Below are positions 9,374 to 18,440 of a DNA stretch of 64,000 nt, in pieces. A program made the translations under genes and the position numbers. Under the pieces are notes generated by a model. It had not been told where the DNA came from. It saw nothing but the letters and a program-made list of their open reading frames with translations, and ran no database searches. Origin of the DNA: Candidatus Babeliales bacterium (GTDB lineage Bacteria > Babelota > Babeliae > Babelales > JBFXEV01); NCBI GenBank assembly GCA_050179755.1, contig JBFXEV010000001.1, positions 1,353,994-1,417,993 of the forward strand. Direction: 5' to 3'. Every line of letters begins with the position of its first letter. Within the stretch, counting starts at the first letter, position 1.

Positions 9374-9970
9374 TTAATCTTTAGTCAATGGTGGCAAGTA
9401 TATATACCATGCAATAACCGCAGGCGTTAAAGGCAAACGTTCATCCTTCTGTTCGTTTCTCTCAAATCTTTCTTGCGTATGGACAGCATCTTGTTTATTT
9501 TTTTCTGCAAAATCTTTTTTATGTGTAAGGTGGGCTGCAAAAACATTCCATCTTAGCGGGTCTATTTCTTGATTACTTTGTAGCAATGCTACCCATGTTG
9601 CACATGATGCACATGACTGTTCTAATTGGCACCGAGTATCTTCATCAACAGGACTTACCTCTTGTTTGTAAAGCTCTTTTACACTCTCCAAAAGCGCTTG
9701 CCATTCAGCCATCTTTTGTGCAATAGCAGCTCTTGGCGCTCCACCTACTTTACGTGACCCTTCAAGCTCCCAGAGAGTTAATATCTCCTTTGATCTTCTT
9801 TTGGCATCACTATGAATGGCCACATGATGACCATATACATATTTACCAGCAGTAAGCACCTGCTTTAAATTAAAAAGGGCCTCCTTTTTTGCGCGAGTTG
9901 GGGGATCTTGCTTTACCATACACCACCCTGCGGTGGGCAACAACAACATTATAAGTGCATAGTGGTTCAT
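9374..9970 (-). CDS. Secreted hypothetical protein, paralog of 8699-9337
   Basis: AGGAG RBS; signal peptide; motifs shared with neighbour. Confidence 0.7.
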   Translation of the reverse strand: MNHYALIMLLLPTAGWCMVKQDPPTRAKKEALFNLKQVLTAGKYVYGHHVAIHSDAKRRSKEILTLWELEGSRKVGGAPRAAIAQKMAEWQALLESVKELYKQEVSPVDEDTRCQLEQSCASCATWVALLQSNQEIDPLRWNVFAAHLTHKKDFAEKNKQDAVHTQERFERNEQKDERLPLTPAVIAWYIYLPPLTKD

Positions 9971-10123
9971 AAAATCTCCTTCTAAAATTAATAAGCTCAG
10001 TTATAACTTAACTATACTGAATTCCCGACAGCACTTGCAAGAATGAATGCCCACTTATTGCTAAAACAACGGTTTTCTTTAAACTAATAGCTTAAGATCC
10101 TGATTATATACAACGGAGAATTC

Positions 10124-10720
10124 ATGGAAAAAATCGATATTAAACTGATTCAAGAACTACGCACCCGTACCGGCCTTGGTATGATGGACTGCAAAAAAGC
10201 CTTAGAAGAAACAGGTGGCAACATAGAAGAAGCCATTACTATTTTGCGTAAAAAAGGCGCTGCAGTGGCTGCAAAACGCGCGGACAAAGAAACCGGCGAA
10301 GGTGTGGTGCACGCTTATATTCACCCTGGCAACCGTATTGGCGTGCTTATTGAGATTAACTGCGAAACAGACTTTGTAGCTCGCACAGACGATATTAAAA
10401 ACCTCGCGCAAGATCTTTGCCTCCATATTACGGCAATGAAACCTCTGTATTTAAAGCCAGAGGATGTGGCTCCTGAATTTCTTGAGCACGAACGCTCTAT
10501 TATTAAAGAGCAATTAAAAAATTCAGGTAAACCTGAAAAAATGATTGATCAAATTGCAGAAGCAAAAATCAATAAACTATATGAAGATATCTGCCTTTTG
10601 AACCAGACGTATGTAAAAAATGATCAACAAACAGTACAGCAAGTCATTGAAGATTTAATGGCAAAAACTGGTGAAAAGATCAAAATTAGACGATTTAGCC
10701 GCTACGAGCTTGGCAATTAA
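10124..10720 (+). CDS. tsf: Elongation factor Ts (short form)
   Basis: LRTRTGLGMMDCKKAL, EINCETDFVA, IRRFSRYELG. Confidence 0.97.
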   Translation: MEKIDIKLIQELRTRTGLGMMDCKKALEETGGNIEEAITILRKKGAAVAAKRADKETGEGVVHAYIHPGNRIGVLIEINCETDFVARTDDIKNLAQDLCLHITAMKPLYLKPEDVAPEFLEHERSIIKEQLKNSGKPEKMIDQIAEAKINKLYEDICLLNQTYVKNDQQTVQQVIEDLMAKTGEKIKIRRFSRYELGN

Positions 10721-10750
10721 ATAAAGGCTTTGGCAAATAAGGAAATTGGC

Positions 10751-11341
10751 ATGACCGTAAAACTTATGTTTAATGATAATAACATCAAAGAATTTGAAAA
10801 ATCCATGTCGGGCGAACTGGACAAGGTAATTAAACATTTTGAAAGTGAATTACTTACTATCCGTACCGGCCGAGCGCACCCTGCCCTTGTGGAATCAATA
10901 AAAATTGCATGCTACGGTGGCGCAAACACTATGCCATTGCGCCAAGTGGCAACCATTGCCTCCCCAGAATCACACCTTTTAACCATTGATCCTTGGGATA
11001 AAGCAATTGTTAATGATATTGTTAAAGCGCTGGGCTCATCTGAACTTGGTGTTAACCCAGAAACTGATGGGGCAGTAATTTTTGTAAGACTTCCTCAAAT
11101 GTCTTCTGAGCGCCGTGACGAACTGGTGAAAATTCTTGGCAAAAAGGCTGAAGATTCTCGCATTGCAGTGCGCAATGTGCGCAAAGATTTCCATAACATG
11201 ACGCGCGACGCGCAGAAAAATAAAGAAATATCAGAAGACCATGCACGGCGTTTAAACGATATTTTGCAAAAAATTACTGATAAATATATTGCAGATATTG
11301 ATGCCAAATTAAAGACTAAAGAAAAAGATCTTAAGGGTTAA
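10751..11341 (+). CDS. frr: Ribosome recycling factor
   Basis: IRTGRAHP, ERRDELVK, RIAVRNVR; start at 10751 after AAGGA (alternative TTG at 10730). Confidence 0.95.
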   Translation: MTVKLMFNDNNIKEFEKSMSGELDKVIKHFESELLTIRTGRAHPALVESIKIACYGGANTMPLRQVATIASPESHLLTIDPWDKAIVNDIVKALGSSELGVNPETDGAVIFVRLPQMSSERRDELVKILGKKAEDSRIAVRNVRKDFHNMTRDAQKNKEISEDHARRLNDILQKITDKYIADIDAKLKTKEKDLKG

Positions 11342-11387
11342 TCCTACTTGAACAGCGTGAGCTTTCTGGTATAGTAAATGGAGATTA

Positions 11388-11463
11388 GGGCCGTTAACTC
11401 AATTGGTAGAGTAGCAGACTCTTAATCTGAATGTTATAGGTTCGATTCCTATACGGCCCACCA
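11388..11463 (+). tRNA. tRNA-Lys (CTT)
   Basis: GGGCCGT/ACGGCCC acceptor stem, anticodon loop CT-CTT-AA, GGTTCGATTCC T-arm, encoded CCA. Confidence 0.95.
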
Positions 11464-11464
11464 T

Positions 11465-11556
11465 CCGCCGTCGCGCGAAGCGCTATGGCGTGATGAAGCA
11501 AGCCCGAAGTCAGCTGAAGCTGACGGAGTTACGCCGTAGCTTAAAAAGCGAAGGCG
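11465..11556. repeat. REP-like palindrome cluster downstream of tRNA-Lys
   Basis: ccgccgtcgc..gctatggcg, gtcagc-tgaa-gctgac and cgccgtagctt..aagcgaaggcg hairpins. Confidence 0.55.
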
Positions 11557-11658
11557 AAAGTTTCTTTCCCCAACTTTTTGACATCCTCAAGCCAAAAACA
11601 ACTATCATATCGTTGCCAAATATGATATGATAGACTCAGAGTAATAGAAGAGCATAAT

Positions 11659-11743
11659 GCAAGAGTGGCGAAATTGGCAGACGCGCTGGACTTAGGATCC
11701 AGTCCCGAAAGGGGTGTGGGTTCAACTCCCTCCTCTTGCACCA
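11659..11743 (+). tRNA. tRNA-Leu (TAG)
   Basis: GCAAGAG/CTCTTGC acceptor stem, CTGGA-CT-TAG-GA-TCCAG anticodon arm, long variable arm, CCA. Confidence 0.95.
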
Positions 11744-11759
11744 AAAAAAGGAGCATTCT

Positions 11760-13064
11760 ATGAGTAGTATAACAAGCCAATTAATAGGCTTTAATTTAAA
11801 GCAAATCCAACCGCATATTCACCAAGCCTTAATCACAATCCCCTCAAAACTAGTAGACCCCGTGTTTATTGAAGTATCTCGCTGCCAAAAGGGTTTTTTA
11901 GATACCTATGGATTTGCCAAAGGTACCACGCCAATGGAATATATTGTAAAACACTATAAAACCGACATTGCAGAGCAAAGCAAAGAATTTATTTTCAAGT
12001 ACATGGTGCTCCATTGTTTGCTTAATAAAATTCAAGAAAAAAAATTGCCAGTTGCAGGCGAACCACGCTTACGCGATATTGAACTTGAACCGGGCAAAGG
12101 CGCCAAGTTTGTGTTTGATCTTTCGCTTGTGCCACCCATTACGTTTAAAGAATGGAAAGTCTTTGCTTTTAAAGCACCAAAGCGCAAGAAATATAAAGAT
12201 ATTGATCGCCAAGTTATCACGCTTATGCAAGATGAGCAGGCTGCTGAAGACAAACATACTAATAAAAGTATTTCTATAGGTGACTGGGTGTGCTTTGACA
12301 TAACCCCAGTTGATGAAAAACAAATGCCACTTTTCAAACAAATAGTTGAAACATTATGGATAAAAATTGGCACTGAAGAAGCAGACATACCAGCACAAGA
12401 AGCCTTTGTAGGCAAAAACCTTGGCCAAACGTTTGTAGCAAGCCAAATATGTTTCCAAGATTATTTTTGCACACATCTTGATACAGCATTTTCATTTGAA
12501 GTCACCATAAAAGATATTCTGTATGAAGCGTTTTTTGATCTTGAATTATTTAAACGGCATTTCCGTATTAAAACTAATCGTGATATGCAAAAAAAACTCA
12601 TTGAAGTTTTCTCATTCAGAAACGATATATCACAACGCAGAGTTATGGCAGAAGAAGCGCTCGCACTTTTAATTTCAAAGCATCCGTTGCAAGTGCCGCG
12701 CCATATTTTGCTACGCCAACTTGAGCAAGTACTCAGTGAAGTGCAGGACAACCCCGATTACCAAGTATATCGTGCAGAAAATTCGTTCAATGATTATCTT
12801 GAATCACTTGCCAATAAACAAGCGCAAGAACAAATCTTAATTGATCAACTATGCCATAGAGAACGCATTGTAGTAACCCCTAAAGATGTAAAATCTTATA
12901 TTAATTTATTACAACGGCCTCGCATGAAAGAATTTATCTATTTCACGCCACCTGTTACCAAGCAGCGTGGCCAAGAAGTACCCATTTCCAACGCACTCAT
13001 GCGCAAGCATTGTTTACGCGAAAAAACATTAAATCATATTATTTATCATTTAACTAAAAAGTAG
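11760..13064 (+). CDS. tig: Trigger factor (divergent)
   Basis: ~434 aa, GFAKGTTP resembling the GFRxGxxP ribosome-binding loop, IGDWVCFD FKBP-like start, canonical position after tRNA-Leu. Confidence 0.75.
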   Translation: MSSITSQLIGFNLKQIQPHIHQALITIPSKLVDPVFIEVSRCQKGFLDTYGFAKGTTPMEYIVKHYKTDIAEQSKEFIFKYMVLHCLLNKIQEKKLPVAGEPRLRDIELEPGKGAKFVFDLSLVPPITFKEWKVFAFKAPKRKKYKDIDRQVITLMQDEQAAEDKHTNKSISIGDWVCFDITPVDEKQMPLFKQIVETLWIKIGTEEADIPAQEAFVGKNLGQTFVASQICFQDYFCTHLDTAFSFEVTIKDILYEAFFDLELFKRHFRIKTNRDMQKKLIEVFSFRNDISQRRVMAEEALALLISKHPLQVPRHILLRQLEQVLSEVQDNPDYQVYRAENSFNDYLESLANKQAQEQILIDQLCHRERIVVTPKDVKSYINLLQRPRMKEFIYFTPPVTKQRGQEVPISNALMRKHCLREKTLNHIIYHLTKK

Positions 13065-13076
13065 AAAGCATCTTGC

Positions 13077-14009
13077 ATGGCAAAAATACATAAGCTACTT
13101 ATTATTGGCTCCGGCCCTGCTGGCCTTACTGCAGGCATATATTCTTCACGCGCTAATTTAGAACCAACCATTATTGAAGGCACGAAGCCCGGTGGTCAAC
13201 TTATGGGAACTACCAAAGTAGAAAACTGGCCCGGTGAAACTTCAATTCTTGGACCACAATTAATGCAAAATATGCGAGAACACGCAAAAAAAGCAGGCTG
13301 CACGTTCCAAACAGGTGATATTGCGTCAGTCGATTTTTCTCAGAAACCTTTTACACTCACCACCAATAAAAATGAACAACTCCAAGCCCATGCCGTAATT
13401 ATTGCAACAGGCGCTACGCCTAAGCGGCTTGGCGTGCCCGGCGAAGATCAGTATTGGGGCAAAGGAGTGACCACGTGCACGGTATGCGACGGTGCATTTT
13501 TTCAAAATCAACCAGTGGTGATTGTGGGTGGTGGCGATTCTGCAATGGAGGGAGCTTCTTTTATGCTCAACTTCACCAAACAAATTACCATCATTCAAAT
13601 TCATGATAAACTCAGTGCTTCTGTTGCCATGCAAGAACGTGTGATCAATAACCCTAACATTAAGATTATCTATCAAAGTTCTGTCACCGAAATTAAAGGT
13701 GACGCTCAGAAACCCACGCACGTTGTGGTGAAAAACAATAAAACTGGTGATACACAAGAACTGCGCACCGATGCCGTGTTCGTCTCTATTGGCTTAACGC
13801 CAAACACTCAAGCCTTTAAAGATCATATTGAACTTCTTAAATCTGGCCACATTAAACTGTTTGGCAAAACTAAAACATCCGTTGAAGGCGTGTTCGCTGC
13901 AGGCGACGTGGCAGATTATACGTACCGCCAAGCAATAACAAGCGCTGGTGATGGCTGCATGGCGGCACTTGATGCCGAGCGTTATCTTAAGTCGATTGGT
14001 ATTGAATAA
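13077..14009 (+). CDS. trxB: Thioredoxin-disulfide reductase
   Basis: IIGSGPAGLTA, CTVCDG active site, VGGGDSA, GVFAAGDV, YRQAITSAG. Confidence 0.97.
   Translation: MAKIHKLLIIGSGPAGLTAGIYSSRANLEPTIIEGTKPGGQLMGTTKVENWPGETSILGPQLMQNMREHAKKAGCTFQTGDIASVDFSQKPFTLTTNKNEQLQAHAVIIATGATPKRLGVPGEDQYWGKGVTTCTVCDGAFFQNQPVVIVGGGDSAMEGASFMLNFTKQITIIQIHDKLSASVAMQERVINNPNIKIIYQSSVTEIKGDAQKPTHVVVKNNKTGDTQELRTDAVFVSIGLTPNTQAFKDHIELLKSGHIKLFGKTKTSVEGVFAAGDVADYTYRQAITSAGDGCMAALDAERYLKSIGIE
13933..14009 (+). repeat. Left direct repeat (3' end of trxB)
   Basis: 77 nt, 73/77 identical to 15877-15953. Confidence 0.95.
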
Positions 14010-14371
14010 TTGACTTTGACTGACTTCATACCATAGCTTAAGCTGGAACGAGCCTAAAGTTATATGTATCATCAATATAAAGCCTTATTATTTTTGGTTT
14101 ATTGAGAATTATTAATTTCCATTGCCGGATTAAATCAAGGAATTTATCAAATGGTGGTAGCGCAGGTCGCAGCCTGCTTCCTTTATTGTATTTGTTAAGT
14201 TATAGACTAATATTCTCTCTTCGATAACTTCTAATGGATATTCTTCATCATAGTACTCATAAGGTGCAATTTTTTAAAATTGCTAACAAACTTGATAAAC
14301 GCGGTACCCCCATTTGTATATATCAGATTTATATTGTTCATTGTATATTGTCAAATCTCTTTTTTACCCGA

Positions 14372-14653
14372 TTAACTTGTTATAATATTATATACTTGAG
14401 GGAAAGAATTGCCTGAGCGATGAAATTTTCTCAAATAATATAAGACGTGAAAATATTCTCTATGTTTTTTCAAATAATAAGGATCCGTATTATTTTCATC
14501 ATAGATTAATGTTTCAGTTTCTTTATCAAAAATACCTATTGCTTTGACAAATATATGATTAATGGACTTGGATGATTCATCTAATATTTCTGTTTCTAGT
14601 AAGTAGGTAACAGTCGTATCATTCTCTGAAAGTTTATTAAATTTTATATACAT
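14372..14653 (-). CDS. Putative immunity protein
   Basis: 93-aa ORF starting 1 nt after the stop of the toxin-like gene. Confidence 0.55.
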   Translation of the reverse strand: MYIKFNKLSENDTTVTYLLETEILDESSKSINHIFVKAIGIFDKETETLIYDENNTDPYYLKKHREYFHVLYYLRKFHRSGNSFPQVYNIITS

Positions 14654-14654
14654 T

Positions 14655-15638
14655 TTATTCTTTAAAGTTAGGATTATACCAGTACCACGTCTTATTAATT
14701 ATATCATGAGCTCTTTGATAATCGATTTTAAATTTTTTTTCAAAAAGAGCTTCTGCAAGTTCATGACGTAATAATTTTATATCATTTTTTATATAATCAC
14801 CCTTGAATAATCGATCCCACGCAGCAGCTATTTCTTCATCGGGTGCAAACCGATCGACTACATTGTCTGGTAAAATATGTTCATTTATAAATAAATGTTC
14901 TTTTATTAGTTTAATCTTTCTTAATGGCCAGCCAGTGTTTTTTGCAATGACATCAATATCATTAGTGCAGGATCTTATTTTATCATATTCCTCGAGTGTC
15001 CAATCGACCGCTTTATAGTCACATCTCGGTCTTACTATTCTGCATTGTTCTCTGGTATCAACAACGGTTTTATAAATATCTTTTGGTTCAGGTTTAAATT
15101 GGGCAAGAAATTCTAATTCTTCAGCTGTAAATTGCGTCGAAGATAATTCTGGCTCATTAGATATTCCTTTTTTTGCTATCTCTGAACCTTCTCCTTGCAT
15201 TACTAATTTGATGCATTCTTGCTTGGCAATTTGACCACGTTCTTTAGTCAAATTAATATTTTCATCGCTTATAAATTGCAACTTCTTCTTAGCCTCTGCA
15301 ACTTTATTTGAAGCTGAATCTTTAGTTCTACCTATTAGTGATTGTTGGTGTTCGCCACTTTTAGTTGGCTTGGTAGGAATGGTATTTGCAGATCCACTAA
15401 AATTCTCATGAGGCAATATAACTTCAATTACTTCCCCAGTATCTGTAGCAACTTGGACTGTTTCTCTTGGTCTTGCAAGTTGCGGGGCATGATCATGCGC
15501 TAATGAAGAAGCTTCTTCATGACTAAACTGACCGTAATAGTTATGGGCAAAATGTGTAGTATTAAAAAGCATAACTAATAAAAAGAAACTGAGATGAGAA
15601 AAAGATACTGTTTGATTGCCAGCTCGGATGAATGCCAT
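14655..15638 (-). CDS. Putative secreted polymorphic toxin with C-terminal HExxE...AH domain
   Basis: AGGAG RBS; hydrophobic N-terminus; C-terminal IAKNTG..IKEHLF..RFAPD..IAAAWDRL..LLRHELAE..AH motif recalled from toxin tips of phage MuF and Rhs/WXG-type proteins. Confidence 0.6.
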   Translation of the reverse strand: MAFIRAGNQTVSFSHLSFFLLVMLFNTTHFAHNYYGQFSHEEASSLAHDHAPQLARPRETVQVATDTGEVIEVILPHENFSGSANTIPTKPTKSGEHQQSLIGRTKDSASNKVAEAKKKLQFISDENINLTKERGQIAKQECIKLVMQGEGSEIAKKGISNEPELSSTQFTAEELEFLAQFKPEPKDIYKTVVDTREQCRIVRPRCDYKAVDWTLEEYDKIRSCTNDIDVIAKNTGWPLRKIKLIKEHLFINEHILPDNVVDRFAPDEEIAAAWDRLFKGDYIKNDIKLLRHELAEALFEKKFKIDYQRAHDIINKTWYWYNPNFKE

Positions 15639-15876
15639 GATGTACTCCTTGTATGCAATAAAAAGTCTGTATAGTTATACTACAAACTCTCGCTGTTTGC
15701 AATTAACTGTTTTTCCCCTAACTCCCTACAGCGTTTTATTATGACTGATCTCGCCTGGCAGCTTATTTTTACCTAAATAAATCATGTTAAAGCAAATAAT
15801 AATTTCCTATAATTTGCAAAGTAAAAACTTCCGGTTCTAGGGTATGCTGATTATAAAAACAAAAACAAACTCCTAA

Positions 15877-15953
15877 CAATAACAAGCGCTGGCGATGGCT
15901 GCATGGCGGCGCTTGATGCCGAGCGTTATCTTAAGTCGATTGGTATAGACTAA
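15877..15953 (+). repeat. Right direct repeat (displaced trxB 3' end)
   Basis: Encodes ITSAGDGCMAALDAERYLKSIGID*; 4 differences from the gene copy. Confidence 0.95.
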
Positions 15954-16043
15954 AGCTTTATTATCAGACTCAAATTGACAAATAGCTCAATTTGGCTACT
16001 ATTTAAATCTGATATTATTATTATTTCTATTTATTGGGATTTC

Positions 16044-16508
16044 ATGAAAAATTACGCATCGATCTTTACGGCATTGTCTCTCTTAATACTCACACCTTAC
16101 CTAACAGCTTGCCCACAAGAACAAAGTACTTCGCAAGAGCATACTGAACGTTATAAAAGTATGTTTGCAGAGGCGCTTAGAGAAAGTGACATATGGATAC
16201 ATCTTACTCAAAGTGAGATGGAAGGCACAAGCAAAAACTATGTTATTCCTGAGCACGACAAAGCTTCTGCATTCACTATTAAAGAAACACAACTCTATAA
16301 AACTCTAATAAAGGATGTAGCGTTACTTGAAATGCTGATCTTTCAATGCACGCAAGGAACTATTTCCCCAGCCAATAAGGCACAATGCGACGTTAAAGAC
16401 CTTTATCATGAGTTAGTACAAAAAAAAATGGCTCTATTATATCTCAATGAAGGGCAGCGAGCCCATGAAGAGACATTGAAACAATTGCATCGTTACTTGT
16501 TCAATTGA
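16044..16508 (+). CDS. Secreted or lipoprotein hypothetical protein
   Basis: MKNYAS...LTAC lipobox-like N-terminus; C-x-x-G-x-I-x-P-A-x4-C motif shared with next gene. Confidence 0.65.
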   Translation: MKNYASIFTALSLLILTPYLTACPQEQSTSQEHTERYKSMFAEALRESDIWIHLTQSEMEGTSKNYVIPEHDKASAFTIKETQLYKTLIKDVALLEMLIFQCTQGTISPANKAQCDVKDLYHELVQKKMALLYLNEGQRAHEETLKQLHRYLFN

Positions 16509-16574
16509 CTCATAATGGTATTTGCCATACTATAAAACAATAATTTGTACTAAAATATTTCCTTGAGGAGCCTC

Positions 16575-16967
16575 ATGAAAACTTCTATATTCACTCTAAA
16601 AAAACAGGCATTGCTTTTAATTGCGTGTACAGCTATTTCTTGCCCTGCCTTCAGCCAAATAACCCCCGAACAATATCAAAAATTATATCAACAAGCGCAA
16701 GTAGAAGTGCTCAAGCAAAAAACTGCAATTATCACTTTATTTGACGCCCAAGCATTGACGGTGGAAGAATTAGAAACCGCCAAAACTGAGCTTAGCGCAC
16801 AAATACACCACATAAAAACTAATCTTACAAATTGCAAAAACGGCAGCATAGCCCCAGCTCTTGCTCCTGGATGTGAGAATATCCAGAATTATCTACAATT
16901 GCATGGTTTAAAAATGCTGCTTGCCCACATTGAACAAAAAATCGAAGCTCAAAGTCAACCAAAATAA
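16575..16967 (+). CDS. Secreted hypothetical protein, distant paralog of previous gene
   Basis: GAGGAG RBS; signal peptide; CKNGSIAPALAPGC. Confidence 0.65.
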   Translation: MKTSIFTLKKQALLLIACTAISCPAFSQITPEQYQKLYQQAQVEVLKQKTAIITLFDAQALTVEELETAKTELSAQIHHIKTNLTNCKNGSIAPALAPGCENIQNYLQLHGLKMLLAHIEQKIEAQSQPK

Positions 16968-16970
16968 TAT

Positions 16971-16999
16971 TTGAAAAAACCCTGGATCTGCCCTATACT
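16971..16999 (+). promoter_or_regulatory. Sigma70 promoter of rpmH operon
   Basis: TTGAAA-N17-TATACT. Confidence 0.7.
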
Positions 17000-17113
17000 A
17001 GAAGAACTAAAGGCTCTTAATCCTCCTATGCTTATCCGGGTTTTCAACTGGGCGAGCTCCGGCGGGCAAGGAAGCCACAACATAGATAAAATCTAGATTT
17101 TGAAGGAGGCATT

Positions 17114-17248
17114 ATGTCAATAACCTATAAACCAAGTAGAATTAAACGTAGCCGTAAACATGGTTTTCGCGCTCGTATGGCAACTCGTGCAGGCCGCGAT
17201 GTGATCAAGCGCCGCAGAGCTAAAGGCCGCAAACGCCTTACCGTATAA
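17114..17248 (+). CDS. rpmH: 50S ribosomal protein L34
   Basis: Manual translation [54 protein letters not shown]; below the ORF-track size cutoff. Confidence 0.97.
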   Translation: MSITYKPSRIKRSRKHGFRARMATRAGRDVIKRRRAKGRKRLTV

Positions 17249-17258
17249 TGGAAAACCC

Positions 17259-17606
17259 ATGGCCAGTGTATTCCACGCCATGACCAGTTTTAGGCAAAAT
17301 GAGGTAGATGCGCTATTTAAGGCCACTATCGCACGTTATAAAATTCAGGGGCTAGAGATTCGTCTGGCCCCTAAATTTTTGCCCTTGGCACGGCTTTTAA
17401 TCATCACCCCCCGCGCATGCGGCAATGCCCCTAAACGGAACCGCATTAGGCGCCGGCTTAAATCAATCTTTTATGAGCATAAATACTATGAGCAGCCTTT
17501 TGACTGGATTATAATGGTCAAAAAGGAAGGGATTGAACTGAATTTTGATGATCTTAAAGGGATCATGGCTCAGGCTTTATCAGAAACAAGCGCTAAAAAT
17601 GCTTAA
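17259..17606 (+). CDS. rnpA: Ribonuclease P protein component
   Basis: GNAPKRNRIRRRLK RNR motif; position after rpmH. Confidence 0.92.
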   Translation: MASVFHAMTSFRQNEVDALFKATIARYKIQGLEIRLAPKFLPLARLLIITPRACGNAPKRNRIRRRLKSIFYEHKYYEQPFDWIIMVKKEGIELNFDDLKGIMAQALSETSAKNA

Positions 17607-17802
17607 TTTTCTTTTTGCCTCCTTACTTACTCTTCTACGCCCTCTTTTGGGCCCTGCCGAATGCAAATATGGTTTATCTTGCATGCCTTTTGCACGCAAG
17701 CAACTCAAAGAACTGCCACTCCATAAAGCCCTTTGGCGTATTCTACGCCGCGTTATTTCATGCGCACCCGGCGCGCGCACACGCGAAGACTTAATGATCT
17801 AA
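17599..17802 (+). CDS. yidD: Membrane protein insertion efficiency factor YidD
   Basis: RPLLGPAECKYGLSC...RVISCAP three-Cys pattern; position after rnpA. Confidence 0.8.
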   Translation: MLNFLFASLLTLLRPLLGPAECKYGLSCMPFARKQLKELPLHKALWRILRRVISCAPGARTREDLMI

Positions 17803-18380
17803 CACTTTTTTTTCTTTGTAATGACCAGCTGATTTGCACGGCTTAAAGAACGCATAATTGCCAAATGTACAGGCAAGCCATCTTTAAAGTGATACCTTGC
17901 CAAATGCCGAACTCCATCATGTGATGACGGAACTTGCACTTCTTGAAACTCTGTATGATTTGGCGCGAGAATATCCATACAATGACCTGGTACTAGCATA
18001 TATTTTTTTGGCGCTAATTCTGCAGTAAGTACCGCTACTAACTGCACCATCTCTTGAGAATCATTTTGAATTTTAAACATTGTAGGCAGTTTAGGAATTT
18101 TTGGAACAATTTCTACTTCTTCTTTCAAATATGTTTTAGGAGGAGAGTCAGTCAAAGATGGCGAAGATGTTTGTTGCTCTACGGCCGATTCAGAACTTGA
18201 ACTGGGACTTGATGAAAACTCATCATCACATGCTACCAAATCTTGTACAGCTTTTGGAATTCCTTTAAGAAAATCAACAACTGATTGTCCCGCTTGCGCG
18301 ATTTTTGATGTATCTGGTGAACGTTTCATTGCATAACTAGAAAAAGAAAAAAGAAATAACAATGTCAAAATAACTTGCAT
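17799..18380 (-). CDS. Secreted hypothetical protein, Ser-rich
   Basis: AAGGAG RBS; signal peptide ending SYA-M. Confidence 0.7.
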   Translation of the reverse strand: MQVILTLLFLFSFSSYAMKRSPDTSKIAQAGQSVVDFLKGIPKAVQDLVACDDEFSSSPSSSSESAVEQQTSSPSLTDSPPKTYLKEEVEIVPKIPKLPTMFKIQNDSQEMVQLVAVLTAELAPKKYMLVPGHCMDILAPNHTEFQEVQVPSSHDGVRHLARYHFKDGLPVHLAIMRSLSRANQLVITKKKKC

Positions 18381-18395
18381 GGCAATCTCCTTACA

Positions 18396-18424
18396 AGGGG
18401 TGTGATATTATCTTATCACACCCT
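18396..18424 (-). terminator. Hairpin downstream of PIN-PhoH gene
   Basis: GGGTGTGATA-ttatct-TATCACACCC inverted repeat. Confidence 0.55.
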
Positions 18425-18440
18425 AAAAGAGTTTCTAATT

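Larger units (their letters stand above)
14010..15876. mobile_element. Genomic islet inserted in the 3' end of trxB
   Basis: Bounded by 77-bp direct repeats; more AT-rich than flanks; carries a toxin/immunity-like pair; no integrase inside. Confidence 0.7.

Noticed and set aside
11541..11780. 79-aa minus-strand ORF
   Set aside because: Antisense to tRNA-Leu
14100..14370. Degraded ORF fragments on the minus strand inside the trxB islet
   Set aside because: Broken by stops and frameshifts with no recognisable motif; cannot support a call
17020..17090. Possible SRP (4.5S) RNA because of a GGAAGC-like segment
   Set aside because: Lacks the CAGG-(stem-GNRA)-AGCAG domain IV arrangement
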